Assembly: GCA_001275005.1 (NCBI GenBank)
Contig: JWZX01003383.1
Coordinates: forward strand, 1 to 39,243
Direction: 5' to 3'
DNA: 39,243 bases
Source of the DNA: Chrysochromulina tobinii
Lineage: Eukaryota
Below are positions 32,270 to 39,243 of the stretch, one piece after another. How positions within the stretch are numbered: the first letter of the stretch is position 1; each line of letters opens with the position of its first letter. Below the pieces are notes generated by a model. It made no database searches and had not been told where the DNA came from. It saw only the letters and a list, made by a program, of their open reading frames with translations. The translations under genes were made by a program, and so were the position numbers.

Positions 32270-33274
32270 TCAGGGACTGGGGCCAAACGGCGCTGGGCGG
32301 AGCGTAGGTGGTTTCTGGGCCTTCGGCGATCTGGGCCTCGGCATGATCGCCGACGCCGGACGGGACGAGCTCTTCACCGCAGCAAACGGAGGAGATCCAG
32401 CTGAGCTCGTCGTCGTCGTGTGTGGCCGCTCTTCGTTGGCGCCCCACAGAGTTCCGACCGCCTGAGGCAGTTGGTCCGATCCGTAGCCGCGCGCGCTCGT
32501 CACAGCCGAGTCGGGCCGTGAGAGGCCTCCAACTGCCCGCCGTCCGGGTCTCACCGTGGCGCTGCCCCCAATGCCAACGCCGCCAGCGGCCTTCGCCGCA
32601 CGGACTGTCCCACCCCCTTGTGAAGATTTTAGTATTTTGCGCTGCTCGGCGGTAAGCATCGGCGGATACTCGACCACCTCGTACCACAGCCGCGGCAGCG
32701 CTCGGCCAGCGACAGTGTCCTGGGCCGTGAGGGGCCGCCGCATGTCAACCGCAGGTCGCGCTGTCTGCGGCCGATGGCTGCGGCCTCCATCGCCTCCAGG
32801 AGAGGAAGCACGTTGTTGCTCCGCCTCCGCAGTCACAAAGTAGAAGCTCCCAGGCGTGATCGCACCTCCCACGCCGTCCATCACGCCGTGGAGCACTTTA
32901 CATTGGCGCATGCCGCGGCGCAACGGTTGCTGTTCGGGCAAGATTGCTTGCCGCACGGCCTGCACACTAGATGTCTCGCCGGAGATGATGACGTCGGATG
33001 GCAGTGGGGGTGGTGACGCTGCGTGTGTCCGCGGGCTCGTTGGCCATTCTCGCATCTGTTCTGGCAGCTGCTCTCGGACCGTGTGCCGAACCCAACTCTC
33101 GCTGCCCGGCACTTCTTGGTGGTTGTACATCCCGCCTGGCTTTGCCTTATTGACTCCCAAGTACGGGCCGTGGTTTCGAACGAGTGGTGTGGCAGTTTGC
33201 TCGGCGGCCCCGAGCGTGAGGAGGCGCGGCGAGTACGCACGCCTAGGCGAGATGGTTCCTGTGGCCAAAGGCAT
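32270..33274 (-). CDS. Hypothetical protein, low complexity (P/R/S/G-rich)
   Basis: 334-aa ATG-initiated ORF between AT-richer spacers; no recognised domain. Confidence 0.55.
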   Translation of the reverse strand: MPLATGTISPRRAYSPRLLTLGAAEQTATPLVRNHGPYLGVNKAKPGGMYNHQEVPGSESWVRHTVREQLPEQMREWPTSPRTHAASPPPLPSDVIISGETSSVQAVRQAILPEQQPLRRGMRQCKVLHGVMDGVGGAITPGSFYFVTAEAEQQRASSPGGDGGRSHRPQTARPAVDMRRPLTAQDTVAGRALPRLWYEVVEYPPMLTAEQRKILKSSQGGGTVRAAKAAGGVGIGGSATVRPGRRAVGGLSRPDSAVTSARGYGSDQLPQAVGTLWGANEERPHTTTTSSAGSPPFAAVKSSSRPASAIMPRPRSPKAQKPPTLRPAPFGPSP

Positions 33275-33394
33275 GATGGAATCTGAAGCCCGCCGTCTCT
33301 TGCACCAACTCCACCTTCGTTCTTTCGTCGAACAGAAAAGTCCCCGGTAAACTGGGCTTAATTACTTTGGGCGTCTCACGGCACGAATGCGGAC

Positions 33395-33563
33395 GAAGTC
33401 AGGTCAAGGCAACTCAAGTCGAAGCCAGAAATTTTCCTCGGACTTGATCGCTTCAAGTCAAGTCAAGTCAAGATTAGACTTGACTTGACTTGACTTGGAA
33501 GTCAAGTCAAGTCTAATCTTGACTTGACTTGACTTGACCGCTTAACTTGACTTGACTTGGACT
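33395..33563. repeat. (AAGTC)n/(GACTT)n pentamer arrays forming a nested inverted repeat
   Basis: 39-bp perfect arms at 33453-33491 and 33499-33537, with scattered pentamers on both sides. Confidence 0.9.
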
Positions 33564-33666
33564 GCATCTGGTGCAGTCGCGAAAAGTCATACGACTTTTT
33601 CTCTGCGCCCGTCGGCGGCCTTCTTGCGTCTCTCTCGCAATCCTGTGTCCTTGAGACGTAAGAAGT

Positions 33667-34614
33667 ATGGCTCGCGGCACACCGACCGTCGACTGCGTCA
33701 TCGCTGCATATTTCGAGGCGGCCGCCACGGGTGACGTCGAACGGGTCGCTGAGCTACTTGATGATCCGAACCACGGCGCGGTGGGCGTGCGCGCCGCCCA
33801 ATGGTTTCCGCGCAGGTTGGCCCCGCGCCTGCTGACACACTGGCCGGGGTGGGGGGCGCAGTCTGGTGCGTGCGCCATCCACTGCGCTGCCGAGGCCGGC
33901 CACAAACATGTGGTAGAGCGGCTGCTCGCTCGAAATGCTGCTGTGGACGAAGTGACGCGCTTCGGTGCGACTTCGCTCATGCTTGCAGCATTCGGCGGGC
34001 ATCACGAAACCGTCTCTTCGCTGCTGCGCGCGAGCGCGGCAGTTGACCTCACGTTGCATCATATGCGGGACGGCTCATCGGGTCCGGCGGCGCTGCATCT
34101 GGCCTGCTGCGCCGCCGACGCCACGGCTGGCGCACGATGTGTTCAACTTTTGCTGGATGCAAGGGCATGTGTGCACAGAGCGACGAGCGCGGGGACGACG
34201 CCGTTGCATTTCGCTGTTGCCAACGGTCATGCAGCGAGCTGCGAAGCCCTCGTGGCCCATGGGGCGTGGGTGCAAGTACGCGATGATAACGGCGATTCCC
34301 CTTGCACGCTGGCACGCGCACGGCGCGCAGCAGGCAAGCCCGCCGCTGAGGAGTGTCTCCGAGCGCTGCACTGGCTGCCGAGCGTGCGTCTCCTGTGGCT
34401 GGCACACCGGCCGTCGAAACGCGAGGAGAGGGAGGAGGAGGCCATCGTTGAGAGGGAGGAGTCGGCTATCGTGACCGACTTGGTGCGCGGCGCAGCGGAT
34501 CCTGAGCGGAGCTTGGCGCCGGCGCCGTTGCAGCGCCTCACCCACGACGTGCTGCGACTCATCATCCTCGCCATCGTGGAATCGCATGCGCCGCCAGAAC
34601 AGTGGAGGGGTTGA
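33667..34614 (+). CDS. Ankyrin repeat protein
   Basis: AIHCAAEAGH, TSLMLAAFGGH, ALHLAC, GTTPLHFAVANGH and DDNGDSP repeats. Confidence 0.9.
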   Translation: MARGTPTVDCVIAAYFEAAATGDVERVAELLDDPNHGAVGVRAAQWFPRRLAPRLLTHWPGWGAQSGACAIHCAAEAGHKHVVERLLARNAAVDEVTRFGATSLMLAAFGGHHETVSSLLRASAAVDLTLHHMRDGSSGPAALHLACCAADATAGARCVQLLLDARACVHRATSAGTTPLHFAVANGHAASCEALVAHGAWVQVRDDNGDSPCTLARARRAAGKPAAEECLRALHWLPSVRLLWLAHRPSKREEREEEAIVEREESAIVTDLVRGAADPERSLAPAPLQRLTHDVLRLIILAIVESHAPPEQWRG

Positions 34615-35141
34615 GGGCTTGAGGCAAGGCGCATTTGCGAGAGGAATCGAACGCACTTGACTGTTGACTCTTGAGACTTGTCCGTTGTCGTGTGCCCGCT
34701 CCGACCTCCGTTTGGCGTTTGCGCAAGCTTTCTTATCTCACTTATGATAGCCACGTTTCATCTTAAGTCGCGTAAAATTTGATTCATCAGAGGAGTCCCC
34801 CGCCGCCCGCGGTCCCAGCGATAAAAACCACACACATCAAAGGAATTTTCTTATGCGTTTCCGTACACGACAGTCACCGTTGAGCGCCGGCGTTGCACGT
34901 GTGTGTCAGCGCGCCACTCGCACACTACCAGTAAAACGGTACCACGACACACATGCATCCGCGACGGAGCGCGATCTTTCGGATCGACCTCATGAACAGG
35001 ATCATGTGTCTCGGCCACCTCGCCGAGATACCATCTCCGAGATGCGATCTCCGAAATGACTGTGCCCGCGGTGCCATGTGAATTGCACTGGCCCAGAGAC
35101 TGTGGGGAGGATCCTGGGCACACGCTGAGATGATCGCGCCC

Positions 35142-37101
35142 TCAGAAGCAGAACTTGACTTCGGAGCCCTCGGGCAGCTGGAACTGCTCGACGGTTGGCC
35201 CCCCCAACTCGATGGCTGGCTGCGGTGCGGCGAGCATGACGGGGCCAATCTCGCGCGTCCTGCTCCTTGCCGCCCCGCCTTCGCCGTCCTCATCCTCGTC
35301 TTCGCCGCCCTGGCCATCGGGCTCACCCGCGCCGAGGGTGAGCTCGTCAAGCAGCTCCTCGAGCCCGACGTCTGGAAAGTCGTCCTCCTCGTCCTCGCCT
35401 TCCTCGCCATCACCGTCCTCGTCGTCATCGAGCCCATTCGGTGGAAGCATCGGCGGAAGCATCGGCGGAAGCATCGCCGGCGGAGTGGCAGCGACGGGAA
35501 CCCCAGCGCTGCTGCTGGCTGCTGCTCCCAGCCGCGGCGGCCGCGGCCTGTGAGGGAGCCGCAAAGACAGAGCTGGCCGAGACGGTGCCAATCGCGCGCC
35601 CCGCTCGCGCGGCCGCCACCTCCTTCTGGCGCGCGGCCCGCTCCATCTCCATCTCCTCGAGAGCCTCGTGGTCCTTGTACAAGTTGATCTGCTTGCGCAT
35701 CTCCGGGTCCTCCTCGAGCTCCTGCAGAAAGTCCTCGTAGTCGGCCTCTTGCTGGCTCAGGTCCATGTGTCGGCCGCGCTGCACCCCCGGGTCCTTTTCC
35801 TTGTCGAGGGTCTGGAGCTTCCACACACGCTTCTTTTTGCGCTCCCGATGCCGTCGGTCCGAGTAGCTTTTCTTGATGAGGAGCACCTCGGGCAGTTGGC
35901 GAGCTTCGTGCTCCTCGAGATCGGTCGCGAGCGGCGACGCGGCCACCGCGTACCCCCACACATAGTCGCCACTCTTGAGCAGGTTGCCCAGGTGCGTCAC
36001 ACATGTGTACCGGTGGTCGTTGATGCCGAAGTCGGAGCGGCGCGCGACGGTTACGTCCGCGAGAGCGCGCGCCTCGCGCCCGGAGCGGGCGCCTCGGCGC
36101 CGGCCGCGGGTCGCCCACTCGGGGTCGCGCATCTCGACGTCGAGCACCACGAACTCGATCAGGTCCGACTTGGAGAGCGACGCCTTGAACGGATCCTTCC
36201 AGAACGTGTGCGGCTGCATCTCGACATTTGTGATCGTCGTGTGGTCGAGCAGGTGGACGACGTTGGACACCTTCGAGCAGATGGCGAGCTGCGCAAACTG
36301 GCCGAGATGGTGCGCCGTCGGCCGCGGCAGCCACACGACGTCGTCCTTGCAGATGGGCAAGATCTCGAGCGCGTACGTGAACTTGGTCTTGCACTTGCCC
36401 GTTTGGGTGTCGATCGACAGGTCGGACTTGGACGTCTTGTATCGCGTGGGGGCGACGCCCTGGAGAAAAGACATGAGCTTCTCAGCGTGCGAACGCTGGT
36501 CGAAGAAGAAGTCGAGCCCGTCCTTTACCTCGAGAATGTTGGTCGCGTCGACGTGGGCCGCGTGCCGCAAGATGAGCTGCTCCATCCACAAAAACGTGCG
36601 CTTGTGCGGCACCTTTTGGCGCACCTGGAGCATCGCGACCCATGTGTCCTTGGCCTCACGCCGTTGGCAATGTGGACACTGCTTGTTGCCGATGACGTAC
36701 TCGATGACGAAGGACTGCTGCAGCACCGCGTTCGTGATGATCTCCTTTTGGATCGTGACACGCAGCTTGATGCGTTTTGAGTGCGGTTCCGTCCACACAA
36801 AGGAGGCGTCCACAAGCCGCACGGCGCCGAGCCCTCGCGGCTTCTTCAAAAGAAGTGCGAGTAGCTCCTTAGACTCCATTTCGACCGCTGTCCAGCCGCC
36901 GTCGCGCCGTTCGAAGCGGTTGCAACCGCGGCATGTATGTTGCTGCACCTGCTTGGCGACGCCCGCGCCGATGTCGTACCGATTCTGCAGGCAGTCGACG
37001 CAAGTGTTGATGGGATTCGACTTGATGGCGACGCCGCACTGACAGCACAGAATCATCATTTCTGGCTGCGGCATGATTTGGTCGTGCATCGCATGAATCA
37101 T
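35142..37101 (-). CDS. NMD3: 60S ribosomal export protein NMD3 (frame change near 35500-35600 by intron or indel)
   Basis: CCQCG...CVDC, FVWTEPHSKRIK, QVRQKVPHKRTF, THLGNLLKSGD and YEDFLQELEEDPEMR. The acidic NES-like tail DFPDVGLEELLDELTL lies in ORF 35142-35591. Confidence 0.92.
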
Positions 37102-37407
37102 GGCTACGCCGTGGGTGTTGGTTCGTATAGGAAAGACTGAGCGACGTCGTCCTCGAGTTGCTTCGAACCTTGGATGCGAACTTACTTAATTAGGACATCA
37201 TCCGTTTCCTGAGACCTGGCGTTGGCTTTGGGGCTTGACGGAGTTCACGAGTATTCACACGACGTGCTTGCACGACGGGCGCGCGCGCGCCGCCGCGTCT
37301 CGACTCGCCACACCGCAGCACCGAACACGCGCGAGTTTCTCTCTCGCGTAGCTGGCCTCGTCACGCGCACCAGCCGCGTTTCTGATCCAAGTGAGTTGAG
37401 TGAGAGT

Positions 37408-38745
37408 TCAGTCGACCTCGGGCTCCCACAAGAAGACGTCGCACGGCGGCGCGTCGTTCATCGCTAGCGCATCTCCGGCGGCGCCCCGACAAGAAGTACC
37501 CTCCTTGGCGAGCATCTCACGCAACTCCTGGTTGAACGGTCGGTACAGCTCCTTGAGCACGAGCGTCGTCTCGGGCAGAATGGGCCCCTTGTGCTTCGTC
37601 CACGTCCAGTAGTCAGTCGGGAGTCGACGCTGCACGCGCACAAGCGCCGGCGGGACCGAGCCGTTCTCAAAGTCGAGCGGCTCGACTCCCAGATGGCGCC
37701 AGATGCGATTGAGCAGCGGCTGCCGCTTGTCGATGAAGTCCTCGGTGCGCACGACGAGCAGCTGAGACTCTGGGAAGGCGCCCAAAAAGTCGGCCACGAA
37801 GGGCGCGTACATGCCGCGAATCAGCTGGTCGGCATGGAAGAAGACGCCATCTTGCGCCGCGCCGAGCTGCTCGAAATGGATAGCGCACCGGCGCGCGCCG
37901 TACGACTGGACGCACGCTTGCCAGCCTGCGCGCTGCTCCATTGCATACGCGTGCAGCCCGGCGGCGCCCTGGCCGTACTTTTTCGCGTAGTGGGGGTGGG
38001 TGTAGAAGGCATGGCGCAACCTGTCGATCGGCGAGCGCACGCATGCGACCAATTTGACGCGGGCACCGTAAAAGGCGCGAAGAAGGTACGGAGGCGTCAC
38101 GTTGAGTGCGGGCGTGCTTGCGGTCGTGGGCAGCAGAGCAGCACGGTCGTGCGCGGCCAACGCCGCTTGCTTGCACGGCCACATCTCGCGTTGGTAGTAC
38201 GTTTTCTCGCAGGCCTTCTCGCGCACGCATTTCGCCTTGCACGGCCAGTACTCCTTCTCCCAAAACTTGTGGAAGCGGCCGGCGAAGCCGGGGTAGAAGG
38301 TCAGCATGGTGACGCATCCCAAGGCGGCGAGTAGCTGCCGCCGCGCGTCAAAGCCGGCGGGGGCCGTCTGGCGCAGCCAGCGCCTTCCACCTTTATCGTC
38401 CGTCCATGTTTGGAAGCATCTGTCGTTGCCCACGGCCTTTATGTCCGGGTGCGCGCCGATAGCCGCGCCCAGACCTTTGGAGTTGCTCTGCCAGTTGCCG
38501 ATAAGGAACGCCCCTGGCACGCAACGAACCAAGCCGCCCTTGTCCGCAACGCAAGGCGTGAGCAACTGCGCATCAAACTTCGCAGGACCAACTGCGCCGA
38601 GTTCTGCGTACAGCTCCGGTTCCCACCGCGACGCGAGCTGGGCCAGCGCCGGGTGCTCGGCGACCGATGGCGCGGTAATGGTTCGGACAGTCGCGAGGGC
38701 CAGGAGCGCGGCGGTCGTGAGGGCGAGCAAGCCGCGTTGTGTCAT
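37408..38745 (-). CDS. Type II membrane sulfotransferase-like protein (CHST15/heparan sulfate ST fold) with degenerate PAPS motifs
   Basis: N-terminal signal anchor; KLVACVRSPIDRL, GMYAPFVADFLGAFPESQLLVVRTED and LKELYRPFNQEL. Confidence 0.8.
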   Translation of the reverse strand: MTQRGLLALTTAALLALATVRTITAPSVAEHPALAQLASRWEPELYAELGAVGPAKFDAQLLTPCVADKGGLVRCVPGAFLIGNWQSNSKGLGAAIGAHPDIKAVGNDRCFQTWTDDKGGRRWLRQTAPAGFDARRQLLAALGCVTMLTFYPGFAGRFHKFWEKEYWPCKAKCVREKACEKTYYQREMWPCKQAALAAHDRAALLPTTASTPALNVTPPYLLRAFYGARVKLVACVRSPIDRLRHAFYTHPHYAKKYGQGAAGLHAYAMEQRAGWQACVQSYGARRCAIHFEQLGAAQDGVFFHADQLIRGMYAPFVADFLGAFPESQLLVVRTEDFIDKRQPLLNRIWRHLGVEPLDFENGSVPPALVRVQRRLPTDYWTWTKHKGPILPETTLVLKELYRPFNQELREMLAKEGTSCRGAAGDALAMNDAPPCDVFLWEPEVD

Positions 38746-39243
38746 CGCGCCATCGATCGGGAAAGTAAAGGCGCGCCTGTGCACCACTGTGGTCCGGTGT
38801 CTTGGGTGTCGAACTATAAAGATATAAACATTGGCTGTGAATTACAGCAAACAGAAAGTCAAGTTCGGGCAAGCCCGGCCCGACGGCTGACCGAGTATGG
38901 CTGTGGCAAGGGGTCCAGGGTTCCCAGAGCTGTTGAAACTGCATCCTTTTGTACACCGGACGTCTGGTGGTCTGGTGGGTCTTGTTTTCGATTAAAAGCC
39001 ATTCGTCGATCGTGGCTTACCCGGTAGTGTGTACGCCAGTCCTTGATGTCGATGAAACCTTTGGTAACGAGATTTACAGTGCTGTGTCTTGACGACTTTC
39101 TGTGTGAACTATGTACGCCGGTCCGGTGTCTTGGGTAAGCAAGCTAATTAGTCGAACACACACAAGTACCTAAACCAGCGCAACCGAGTACCCCTGTAGC
39201 CAACGGGGTAGGAAAGGGTGGGCGGAGAAGGAGAGAGATATGC

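Overview
This is gene-dense, GC-rich eukaryotic nuclear DNA, most likely from a haptophyte-like alga. That assignment is an inference from the short GT/GC-AG introns filled with 10-12 nt micro-repeats and the plastid-type ZEP and TrpRS. About 16 protein-coding loci can be supported: an SMC1 C-terminal fragment, a PBZ-finger ORF, a phage/bacterial-type amino-DNA methyltransferase, PEX22, a Ser/Thr kinase with coiled coil, a GT61 glycosyltransferase, a ~9.4 kb Nup188-like gene with inserted domains, zeaxanthin epoxidase, organellar TrpRS, a long coiled-coil protein, a UBE2H/Ubc8 E2, a SMYD-type SET protein, a secretory methyltransferase, a hypothetical protein, an ankyrin protein, NMD3 and a sulfotransferase-like protein. 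The most notable region is 1-3573. There, an SMC1 frame truncated just after its ABC signature can splice in frame into a PBZ zinc-finger ORF, and possibly onward into a SAP-like domain plus a phage-type N4C/N6A DNA methyltransferase. No RNA genes, CRISPR arrays or autonomous transposons were recognised. All calls come from manual motif recognition, without database searches.
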